64,000 bases of DNA from Octopus sinensis (Eukaryota). Below, piece by piece: positions 11,001 through 23,100 of the stretch. Numbering within the stretch: the stretch's first letter is position 1; each line of letters starts with the position of its first letter. The notes beneath the pieces are model-generated. The model did not search any database. It saw only the letters and a program-made list of their open reading frames with translations, and was not told where the DNA came from. The position numbers and the translations under genes were made by a program. The stretch is from NCBI RefSeq assembly GCF_006345805.1, contig NC_043019.1:4215360-4279359 (forward strand), read 5' to 3'.

Positions 11001-14000
11001 TTGATGACGATGACTTTCCCTTCAGTGAATTCATGACGGTGAATTTACCCTTCGGTGAATTGATGACGGTGAACTTTCCTTTCAGTAAATTGATGACAGT
11101 GACTTTCCCTTCAGTGAATTGATGACGGTGAATTTACCCTTCGGTGAATTGATGACGGTGAATTTACTCTTCGGTGAATTGATGACGGTGAACTTTTCCT
11201 TTCGCTGAATTGATGACGGTAACTTTCCCTTCAGTGAATTTACCCTTCGGTGAATTGATGACGGTGAACTTTCCCTTCGGTGAATTGATGACGGTAACTT
11301 TCCCTTCGGTGAATTGATGATGGTGAACTTTCCTTTCTGTAAATTGATGACAGTGACTTTCCCTTCAGTGAATTGATGACGGTGAATTTACCCTTCGGTG
11401 AATTGATGACAGTGAATTTACCCTTCGGTGAATTGATGACGGTGAATTGATGACGGTGAATTTACCCTTCGGTGAATTGATGACGGTGAATGTACCCTTC
11501 GGTGAATTGATGACGGTGAATTGATGACGGTGAATTTACCCTTCGGTGAATTGATGACAGTGAATTTACCCTTCGGTGAATTGATGACGGTGAATTTACC
11601 CTTCGGTGAATTGATGACAGTGAATTTACCCTTCGGTGAATTGATGACAGTGAATTTACCCTTCGGTGAATTGATGACAGTGAATTTACCCTTCGGTGAA
11701 TTGATGACAGTGAATTTACCCTTCGGTGAATTGATGACGGTGAACTTTCCCTTCGGTGAATTGATGACGGTGAATGTACCCTTCGGTGAATTGATGACAG
11801 TGAATTTACCCTTCGGTGAATTGATGACAGTGAATTTACCCTTCGGTGAATTGATGACGGTGAACTTTCCCTTCGGTGAATTGATGACGGTGAACTTTCC
11901 CTTCAGTGAATTGATGACAGTGAATTTACCCTTCGGTGAATTGATGACGGTGAATTTACCCTTCGGTGAATTGATGACGGTGAATTTACCCTTCGGTGAA
12001 TTGATGACGGTGAACTTTCCCTTCGGTGAATTGATGACAGTGAATTTACCCTTCGGTGAATTGATGACGGTGAATTGATGACGGTGAATTTACCCTTCGG
12101 TGAATTGATGACGGTGAATTGATGACGGTGAATTTACCCTTCGGTGAATTGATGACGGTGAATTTACTCTTCGGTGAATTGATGACGGTGAACTTTTCCT
12201 TCGCTGAATTGATGACGGTAACTTTCCCTTCAGTGAATTTACCCTTCGGTGAATTGATGACGGTGAACTTTCCCTTCGGTGAATTGATGACGGTAATTTC
12301 CCTTCGGTGAATTGATGACGGTGAACTTTCCTTTCTGTAATTGATGACAGTGACTTTCCCTTCAGTGAATTGATGACGGTGAATTTACCCTTCGGTGAAT
12401 TGATGACAGTGAATTTACCCTTCGGTGAATTGATGACGGTGAATTGATGACGTGAATTACCCTTCGGTGAATTGATGACGGTGAATGTACCCTTCGGTGA
12501 ATTGATGACGGTGATTGATGACGTGAATTCCCCTTCGGTGAATTGATGACAGTGAATTTACCCTTCGGTGAATTGATGACGGTGAATTTACCCTTCGGTG
12601 AATTGATGACAGTGAATTTACCCTTCGGTGAATTGATGACAGTGAATTTACCCTTCGGTGAATTGATGACGGTGAACTTTCCCTTCGGTGAATTGATGAC
12701 AGTGAATTTACCCTTCGGTGAATTGATGACAGTGAATTTACCCTTCGGTGAATTGATGACAGTGAATTTACCCTTCGGTGAATTGATGACAGTGAATTTA
12801 CCCTTCGGTGAATTGATGACAGTGAATTTACCCTTCGGTGAATTGATGACAGTGAATTTACCCTTCGGTGAATTGATGACGGTGAATTTACCCTTCGGTG
12901 AATTGATGACAGTGAATTTACCCTTCGGTGAATTGATGACGGTGAATTTACCCTTCGGTGAATTGATGACAGTGAATTTACCCTTCGGTGAATTGATGAC
13001 AGTGAATTTACCCTTCGGTGAATTGATGACAGTGAATTTACCCTTCGGTGAATTGATGACGGTGAATTTACCCTTCGGTGAATTATGACAGTAATTTACC
13101 CTTACCCTTCGAATTGATGACAGTGAATACCCCTTCGGTGAATTGATGACAAGTGAATTTACCCTTCGGTGAATTGATGACAGTGAATTTACCCTTCGGT
13201 GATTGAACGGTGAATTTACCCTCGGTGAATTGATGACAGTGAATTTACCCTTCGGTGAATTGATGACAGTGAACTTTCCCTTCAGTGAATTGATGACGGT
13301 GAACTTTCCTTTCAGTAAATTGATGACAGTGAACTTTCCTTTCAGTGAATTGATGACGGTGAACTTTCCTTTCAGTGAATTGATGACGGTGAACTTATTC
13401 TTCAGTGAATTGATGACGGTGAACTTTCCCTGCAGTCAATTGACGGCAGTAAACTTACTGGACATGGTTATAGACTATTTACCATTTCTGTGGTTCCTCC
13501 GTCTCCCCTTTTGATGTCCTAAGCATTTGCTTATTTTGCTTAATGGTTAATCCAACCTAATGGTTAATCTACAACTGTGCAACTATATCTGTTCTCTTGT
13601 GTTTGCAACAGATTGCTGTTTTCACTGAAATTTTCCACTAGTATATTTTGTTTTTAAATTTGTAGATACTTCCTAATTCTAGTTCTTGTGTACTTTTGGT
13701 ATAGCTGTCAGGACAATCCTTCCTCTATATAGTATTGTAAACCTTACATTGAGTTGAAGTTTTTGTGAAGGATCTTGCTGTTGTCATTGTAGATGTTACT
13801 ATTACTTTGGGCATCATTATGACACAAAATATTTTCTTGGGTTTTCCACAGGTTATGGAGGATACAAAGAAGCCATGGTGTACTACAAGAAGGCCATGGA
13901 TGTATTGAAATCTAGAAACATCCAGTACCGACAGATGCTGCTGTACAATAGCATGGCTTACAATGCCTATATGCGGGGCAATTATGTGGAAGCCTTGAAG

Positions 14001-15665
14001 TATGTTATACAAGTCATATTAATCTCCTCCGTCTTTCTCCCTCATTAGATTCTCTGTCTGTCTTTTCTTAAACTATCTCTTTATCATACCTATATATCTT
14101 ATCCTGTTTCTCAACCTCTTGTTCTCTGATTCACCATTTCTCTTTCCTTGAATTGAAATCTTCCACCAAACCTTAGTCACAATTTATGTTCTTAACACTA
14201 GCTTAACGATAACTAAGTTATTCTACAAAATTCTTTGTTATATTTAAAGTAATTGAAAGAAACACAGATCATCTCAAAATAAATACAGTAACAAAAGGGT
14301 TCAGTCAAATGTGTCTTCAATTTGCACAAGATTTGACTGCTATTTCTAACAAGTCCAAACAACTGTGTGAAACAAAATCTGCAAATTAACCCTTTTCATA
14401 CCAACCCGGCTGATACCGCTTCTGGCTCTGTTGTACAAATGTCTTGTTTTCGTAAGTTTTGAATTAAAATCTTCCACCAAACCTTAATCACAATTTATGT
14501 TCCTAACACTAGCTTAACGATAACTAAGTTATTTTACTAAATTCTTTGTTATATTTAAAGTAATTGAAAGAAACACAGAGCATCTCTGAATAAATACAGT
14601 AACGAAAGGGTTAAACAACCCTTGTTCAGTGACCTTTTGAGCAGCATAGGTTACTCGACCTGAAGAAAATTCCTACTGGGCCCCACCTGCAAGGTCATGC
14701 ACTTTTTATCTTGATATGAGATTACCATGTTGCGCACATATGGTTGTGATACATGTGTCTGGTGTACCCTTATAAGACGGGTAGTCATGCTGGGTATATT
14801 GGGCTTCTCATATTTGTACTCCAGTGATGGCATACGCTGCTCTCTCATTCAGTAATAATAATAATAATAATAATTGTGGCAATTATATTAATGACAATGC
14901 ACATAATTATGGTGTGGACAGAATTGATGGTGATGTGATGAATTGGTAGAGTACTTGAGGTATTTGCAACAAATATTGTAATAAAAGTAGTAGTAGTAGT
15001 AATGCCAATAAAACTACTAATAATAGTGATGGTGATGATGATGATGATAATGATAATAATAATAATAAAGAAGGAATATATTCACAGACATGACAGAGTT
15101 GTGACCTACATACACAGGAAGCTATGCCAACATTATGGAATAACAACAGAAAAAAGATGGTATAGGCACACACCAGAAAAGGTCACAGAAAACAGGAAAG
15201 CAACATTACTCTGGGATATGCCAATACACACAGATAGAGAAATTAAGGCCAACAGACCAGATATAGTTGTCAGAGATCATGAAGAAAATAAATGATTTCT
15301 AATTGATGTATCAATACCAGCAGACGACAACGTGTCTCTAAAAGAAATGGAGAAACTTTCAAAATACAAAGACCTGGAAATAGAGGTAACTTGAACGTGG
15401 AATCTAAAAACAGAAACAATTCCTATTATAGTAGGTGCATTAGGCATGATAAAAAAATATTCAGACAAATACATAACAAAAACACCAGGACTTACAAACA
15501 CATATAACATACAGAAAATTGCACTACTGGGCACTGCACACATCTTATGCAAAGCACTTTCAATACAATAACCATCAGAGCATTACAACAAATCACAACA
15601 CATACCCAAGGCACACAGAGCTGTGCTCGATAGTGAAGTGAAAGCACGCTATAAAAATAAAACTA

Positions 15666-15707
<42 letters not shown>

Positions 15708-17153
15708 TAGTTTTGCAGAAGCCGGTTACAACATGACTGCTGATGATGCCAACCCACAGATGGTGCTGAATGCAAGGATCACATGTGCCTCTACCATGGC
15801 CTACAACCTCTTGTTTGTTGGTAATAACTGTATTATGTCTCTCATGGTGGTGGAGGTGTGGTGGTTGTTGTTGTTGTTGTTGTTGTTATATGGTCCCGGG
15901 TCAGCCCTTGCTGAGCAGATATATGACCAAGCATATATATCAGCTGCCACTAGTCTGCCCGTTTCCCTGCGTATAAGGAAACAAGGGCTACATCGTCACC
16001 TGATGTGGCCCTTTATTTAAGTGGCTGTGATTTGAATAGGAAAGGCGTAGGAGTGGCTGTGTGGTAAGTAGCTTGCTTACCAACCACATGGTTCCAGGTT
16101 CAGTCCCACTGCATGGCACCTTGGGCAAGTCTCTTCTACTATAGCCTCGGGCCGACCAAAGCCTTGTGAGAGGATTTGGTAGACAGAAACTAAAAGAAGC
16201 CTGTTTTGTATATATATGTGTTTGTATATGCTTGTGTGTCTGTGTTTGTCCTCCCAACATCGCTTGACAACCGATGCTGGTGTGTTTACGTCCCTGTAAC
16301 TTGGTGGTTCGACAAAAGAGACCAATAGAATAAGTACTAGGCTTACAAAGTCCCGGGGTCGATATTTGCTCGACTAAAGGCGGTGCTCCAGCATGGCCGC
16401 AGTCAAATGACTGAAACAAGTAAAAGAGTATATATGTAAATGTAAAAAAAAAAAAATGAGAATAAATGCTCAACACGACATTGGTGGATGAAGGTTCTTG
16501 ATTTGTGCATTAAGACTACAATTGGTTTCATGTTAAGAAAGTATCTTAACAGTTTTTATATTATATATATATATATATATATATATTGGGTTGTCCGGAA
16601 AGTTCGTGCCGATTTTTAAAGGAAAGAAAATAGTCAATAAATACTTGCCATTACATTTTTTAATCAACCAAATATGAACCATTTTGTTGCACAATGCGTC
16701 TCCATCTTTCCTTTAACTTGAAAATACCCTCTTCCCAGAATTGAGGTGGTTTCATGGCAAAGAATTCATCAAGGTATCTTTTTACGTCATCCAAGGAATT
16801 GAAATTTTTACCATTAAGACTATTCTACAGAGACCTGAATAAGTTGAAATCTGAAGGAGCAATATCTGGTGAATATGGAGGGTGGGATAACACATCCCAG
16901 CCAAGCTCCAGCAATTTTTGTCTGGTTCCCAAAGCATCAAATGCCGAAAATGAACTTTCTTCCATTTTAAATGGTTATAGAATTAACACAGATTATAGGA
17001 GCATAAACTGTCTTCCACGAAAAGATAGCTTAAACTGTGCTCTAAATGGAGGTGTAGTCAAATCCTATTTCATGGACTCAACCATGTTCTAAAATAAGTC
17101 GAAAGGTAAGCTACTATTAATCGGCACAAACTTTCCAATCAACGCAATACATA

Positions 17154-17198
<45 letters not shown>

Positions 17199-20100
17199 CA
17201 TATATATGTATATATTATATATATATATAATTATATATATATGTTATATATATATTATTATTATTATTATTATTTTATATATATATATATATATCATTAT
17301 CATTATTATATATTTTTCTTTATTGTAGTAAAATTGACTTACAACTGTTTCCAGTAGTTGTTACAGGTTCAACCTTTGCAGTTCTCTTCAAGACTTGATC
17401 CACCAACATTATGTGGGCCAGTGGTAACAGGTAACATGTGGGGAAAATGCTTTAACATGATCCATGTGCCACATGAGTTAATTGCTCAAAGGGCTTTTTA
17501 TATATTCTTACAATGGTTATATATATATTTGTTCTTCCTCTTTGCAGGTTTTTATGACAGATGCGAGAAATTATTGATGGAAAACTTGGAGAAAGCCTCA
17601 CATCATCCCAGTCTAGCTGTTATGTTGAACACAATGGGTATTAATTATGAAAGGAGTAAGTGTGGTCCCTCTATTTAAAAAAAATTTTTTTTACTCTTTT
17701 ACTTGTATCACTCATTTGACTGTGGCCATGCTGGAGCACCACCTTGAAGGGTTATTAGTCGAAAAACTCATCCCCGGGGGCTTATTCTTTTTAAAGCGTA
17801 GTACTTATTCTGTCAATCCCTTTCTTCCAAATTTTCCAAATTGCCAAATTTATGGGAACATAAACACACCAACACCGGTTGACAAACGGTGATGAAGGAA
17901 CAAACACACACACACATACATGCACACACGCACACATTAATATATACATAATAGTGTCTTCTACTATAGCCTCGGGCCGACCATAGCCTTATGATTGGAA
18001 CTGATAGACAGGAACTGAAAGAAACTTATATATATACACTCATATACATATATATACACACATATACATATATATACACTCATATACATATATATACACA
18101 CATATACATATATATACACACATATATATATATGTATATATTTACAAATATATATACATATATTATATAGAGGGCATTATTACACATAAATGCCGCATGC
18201 TAGGAGGGACTCTTAAAGTCAAAACTACCAAAAGAAACATATCGTACCGAATGCAAGTCTGGAAGCAAGTCATTTAAAAACTGCATTCGGTACGATATGT
18301 TTATTTTGGTAGTTTTGACTTTAAGAGTCCCTCTTAGCGTGTGGAATTTGTGTAATAATGCCCTCTATATAATATAAATATATATATTCAAGTGAAAAAA
18401 TTTACTAATTTTTTCTCTTATGAGGTTTTTCACGCTAACTACTTGATAATTTCTTATGAAGATTTTATCCTATTTTTAAATTATATATATATATGTATAT
18501 ATCTGTGTGTGTGTGTGTGTTTTTTGTGTCTGTGCTTCCCCCCCCCCCCGCCTGCTCCATCACTACTTCACAACTGGTGTTGGTGTGTTTACATCCTGTA
18601 TCTTAGCTGTTCAGCAAAAGAGACTGATAGAATAAGTACTAGACTTCTCAAAGAATCAGTCCTGGTGGGTGGCGGGGTGGGGTCAATCTCTTCGACTAAA
18701 ACCCATTAAGGTAGTGTTCTAGCATGGCTGAAGTCAAATGACCGAAACACGTTAAAGGATAAAAGGGTACAAGTTGAAATATTTCAGATCAAAATTTACA
18801 GCCCAAAATAATTTAGGTTAACTCCAAGACAGCTTTTCCTTGGGGGACCAAAAACCTGCATGTGAAATGCAGCAGGAATTGGAAAGACATTGACAATGTT
18901 TGAATAGTTATTCTCAGCCCTTCCAAAGTGCCTTGGATCGCATGATGGCCTGCTGTACTTACCTTGGATCGTAGGGCGACCTGCTGTGTTTGAGGAGGAC
19001 TGTTGAGTCAAGTACATCAACATCAAAAGATCAAATGGAAATTGTAGTTGTGATACCTGTGCCGGTAGCATGTAAAAAGCACCATCCAAATGTGGCCAAT
19101 GCCAGGGCCGCCTTGACTGGCTTCCGTGCTGGTGGCATGTAAAAAGCACCAACCGATTGTGGCCGTTGCCAGCCTACCCTGGCACCTGTGCCGGTGGCAT
19201 GTAAAAAGCACCATCCGTGCGTGGCCGATGCCAGGGCCACCCTTGACTTGGTCAGATTCAAAGATCATACTATCAGCAACAGTCATGATTACAATTTCAT
19301 GGGTGTCGTTTACGTGACTCCAACAATGGCCACAACTACAATTTCACTTGGCTTGATGAGTCTTCTCCAGCACAACATATCAACCGTCCAACCCATGCTA
19401 GCATGGAAAACAGACGTTAAATGATGATGATGATGATGATGATGATGATGTTTGCATTATGTATTACATTGACCTGTATGCTGGAAAATATGTTATGACC
19501 TAATCTTTCTAACAGGCAAATCTCAAATCCTGTTGTTGTATCACCATAGAGCAGGGGTTTTCAACCATTTTTTTTATCAACGGACCCCTTTGATTACAAT
19601 TTTATTCTTGTGAATCCCCATAGCTGTTCAATGTTTAAGAACTAGTTTTATAGAAACTTCTTTCAAAATTCCTATTTTGTTTTTCACACGGTGTGGAGGC
19701 GCAATGGCCCAGTGGTTAGGGCAGCAGACTCACGGTTGGAGGATTGCGGTTTCGATTCCCAGACCAGGCATTGTGTGTGTTCATTGAGCGAAAACACCGA
19801 AAAGCTCCACGAGGCTCTGGCAGGGGGTGGTGGCAACCCCTGTTGTACTCCTTCGCCACAACTTTCTCTCACTCTCTCTTCCTGTTTGTTGAGTAACGCT
19901 GCGATGGACTGGCATCCCGTCCAGCTGGGGGGAACACATATGCCACAGAAACCGGGAAACCGGGCCCATGAGCCTGGCTAGGCTTGAAAAGGGCAACGTT
20001 TATGGTTTTTTTTCACACAGTGTAAGTTGATCTATGTAAAATGTTAGAGAAAGAAACCTAGCTGTTTCTTGCAATACATACATCTAATGCAGGGGTTCTT

Positions 20101-23100
20101 AACTATTTCTTATCTATGGACCCCTTCGATTACTCTTTTATTCTGGTGGACCCCACTAGCCATTCGATGTTTAAAAACTAGTTTTACTCTTTACTCTTTT
20201 ACTCTTTTACTTGTTTCAGTCATTTGACTGCGGCCATGCTGGAGCACCGCCTTTAGTCAAGCAAATCGACCCCGGGACTTATTCTTTGGAAGCCCAGTAC
20301 TTATTCTATCGGTCTCTTTTGCTGAACCGCTAAGTTACGGGGACATAAACACACCAGCATCGGTTGTCAAGCAATGCTAGGGGGACAAACACAGACACAC
20401 AAACATATACACACACACTTATATATATATATATATATATATATACGACAGGCTTCTTTCAGTTTCCGTCTACCAAATCCACTCACAAGGCATTGGTCGG
20501 CCCGAGGCTATAGCAGAAGACACTTGCCCAAGATGCCACGCAGTGGGACTGAACCCGAAATCATGTGGTTGGTTAGCAAGCTACTTACCACACGGCCACT
20601 CCTGCGCCTATTTTTATAGAAACTTCTTTCAAAATTCCTGTTTTATTTGTCACACATTAACCTGTGTAGGTTGAACCATGTAAAATGTTACACATGGAAA
20701 TTTAGCTGTTTCTTACAATAAATACCAATAAAATGATAAACGTCGCCCTTTTCAAGCCTAGTCAGGCTCATGGGCCCGGTTTCCAGGTTTCTGTGGCGTA
20801 TGTGTTCCCCCCAGCTGGACGGGACACCAGTCCATCGCAGCGTTACTCAAGAAACAGGAAGAGGGAGTGAGAGAAAGTTGGGGCGAAAGAGTACAACAGG
20901 GGTTGCCCCCCGACCCCCTGCCGGAGCCTCGTGGCGCTTCAGGTGTTTCCGCTCAATAAACACACTCAACACCCAGTCTGGGAATTGAAACCGCGGTCCT
21001 CTGACCACAAGTCCGCTACCCTAACTACTGGGCCATTGCGCCTCTACAATAAATACCAATACATACATCTAAAGCAAAATTTTCAGGGCCTTTAAAATAC
21101 TATTGTGGATCCCCAACTTGCTATGAGGTTGCGTGGGCCCCCAAAGTTCTTATATGGGCCCTCAGGGGTTATATCAACCCTAGTTGAGAACCACTGCCTT
21201 GGAGAATCAGAAACCATTATTAGTAGCCATAGAAACATAATTGTAAGAGGAGAGAACAGACATGTGGGCTAGAGGCTGGAATGTGCCTATTTCTGGTTGT
21301 GACCTGAGGTTTTGCAGTGCAGAGTAGTAGCACCAATCCCTATTGTGAGTCTTAGGTCATCAAGGACACACCAGTGTAAATGTACTTGGGATATATCAAC
21401 TGTGGCCTTTAATAACCAGCCACTCCTTCACTCTGCCTGTATTCTACTTTTCATGCCGAATAATATGGCATATAGTGGTTGTATACTGTCAATTCAATGT
21501 GACAGTCCCGTATGGGAATTACACCACCGCTGTTTAGCCCTAGGAAACATCGACGTCTCCTGTTGGCTTTGACGCATTTTCTGTGTCCTTATATTTGCAA
21601 AGGGGAGGCATCATCATCATTCATCATTGTTCGACCATGGTCGAGACAATGGAATTTACCATGCTACGCCAGACTTCACGGTTCATCATGGCATTACGGA
21701 GGTCCTGTTGCTTGATGCCTGTATCCCTGGAGATTACATCAGGGTAGGAGAGTGTGCGCCCTCTGGCATTGCAAGTAGATGGCTTCCAGAGGAGGAGAGT
21801 AGAAATTACCTCTTTTTCAGCTCTACAACAATGTCCAGCAAACCGGACTCTCTTACCTTTCACAAGAGATGACACAGGTGGTAGTTTCCCATATATTTGC
21901 ATTTTGGTTGGATGACGCTTCCACGAGATATTTTGAGCTCTCATAAGGAGGCGAGTGCAAGTTCCATTCAACCACCTCTCAAGCTTCTTTGATAACGTCC
22001 AGGTTTCTGAGCCATATAGTAGAATTGGTTCGATTGTAGCTTTGAAGATTTCAAGTTTGAAGTCTCTACTTAGGTTTGATGACCAGATCTTATGCATGTC
22101 ATTACATGTCATTACAAAGGGGAGGCAGTACTGTACTGTATATATCTGATTTATTATTTTTATAATTTGTGTAAATGCAAAGCAACACCATGGAGGAATC
22201 GACGTAAGCTTAAATGAAAAAGCCGCGATAAGGGAATCGAGATATGGCGAGGGATTACTGTACATACACAACGGACTTCCACACAGTTTCCACCTATCAA
22301 ATTTACTTACAAGGCATTGGTCAGTCCGGGGTTAAAATAGCCATAAAGACACATAGTGGAATAGAACCCGAAACCATGTGGTGGCTGCAAACCAAGCTTC
22401 TTAACCACACAGCCAACTCTACTTATTGATGATAAAAGATTGTTGATTAAATATCGGAAAATAAGGAGACGTCGATGTTTCCTAGGGCTAAATGTCGGTG
22501 GTGTAATTCCCTTACGGGACTGTCACATTGAGTTAACGATATACGACCACTATATCGCTCTACCACCGCTTATGTCTCTCTGAGACATTTAGAAATTCAA
22601 TATTTCTAATTTCGGTGATCAGTAAATAAATTTTACTGAAAATATGATATATTTGCAGAGAGTTTGCAGTCATCTCAGCGACCGAGGCAGACTACCCTGG
22701 ACTGACGACAAGCAATAGACTCAGAAACATATGTCTTCAGGTGCCTTGTCTCAGCTTGCGGGGGTGATTGCTTCCCCTTTGCAAATACAAGGACACAGAA
22801 AATGTGTCAAAGCCGACAGGAGACGTCGATGTTTCCTAGGGCTAAATGGCGGTGGTGTAATTCCCATACGGGACTGTCACATTGAGTTGACAGTATACGA
22901 CCACTATATCGCTCTACCACCGCTTATGTCTCTCTGAGACATTTAGAAATTCAATATTTCTAATAAATATGGCATAGTCAGAGAATTAAGTTGCACCCAT
23001 TTCTTTCTGATGTCCATATACAATGTCTAAGTCTCACCACTATACTTCATCACATGTTATGCATATATTTCCAGCAGTCAGCCCTGTACATCACCATCCT

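Larger units (their letters stand above)
19552..21196. mobile_element. hAT-like MITE with duplicated 5' part and three nested SINEs
   Basis: Termini CAGGGGTTTTCAAC (19552), CAGGGGTTCTTAAC (20090) and GTTGAGAACCACTG (21196). Outer 8-mers ccatagag / ccttggag match at 6 of 8. Confidence 0.65.

Noticed and set aside
10941-13460. CRISPR-like appearance of ~30-bp repeats (also the 63-, 88- and 184-bp arrays)
   Set aside because: Units abut directly with no unique spacers, there are no cas genes, and the context is eukaryotic.
11521-13514. ORFs of repeated [10 protein letters not shown]
   Set aside because: Translation of the 30-bp minisatellite inside intron 3.
19695-19780. tRNA-like heads (also at 25068, 46255, 63848)
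   Set aside because: A and B boxes are present but there is no complete cloverleaf, and each continues into a SINE body. They are not tRNA genes.
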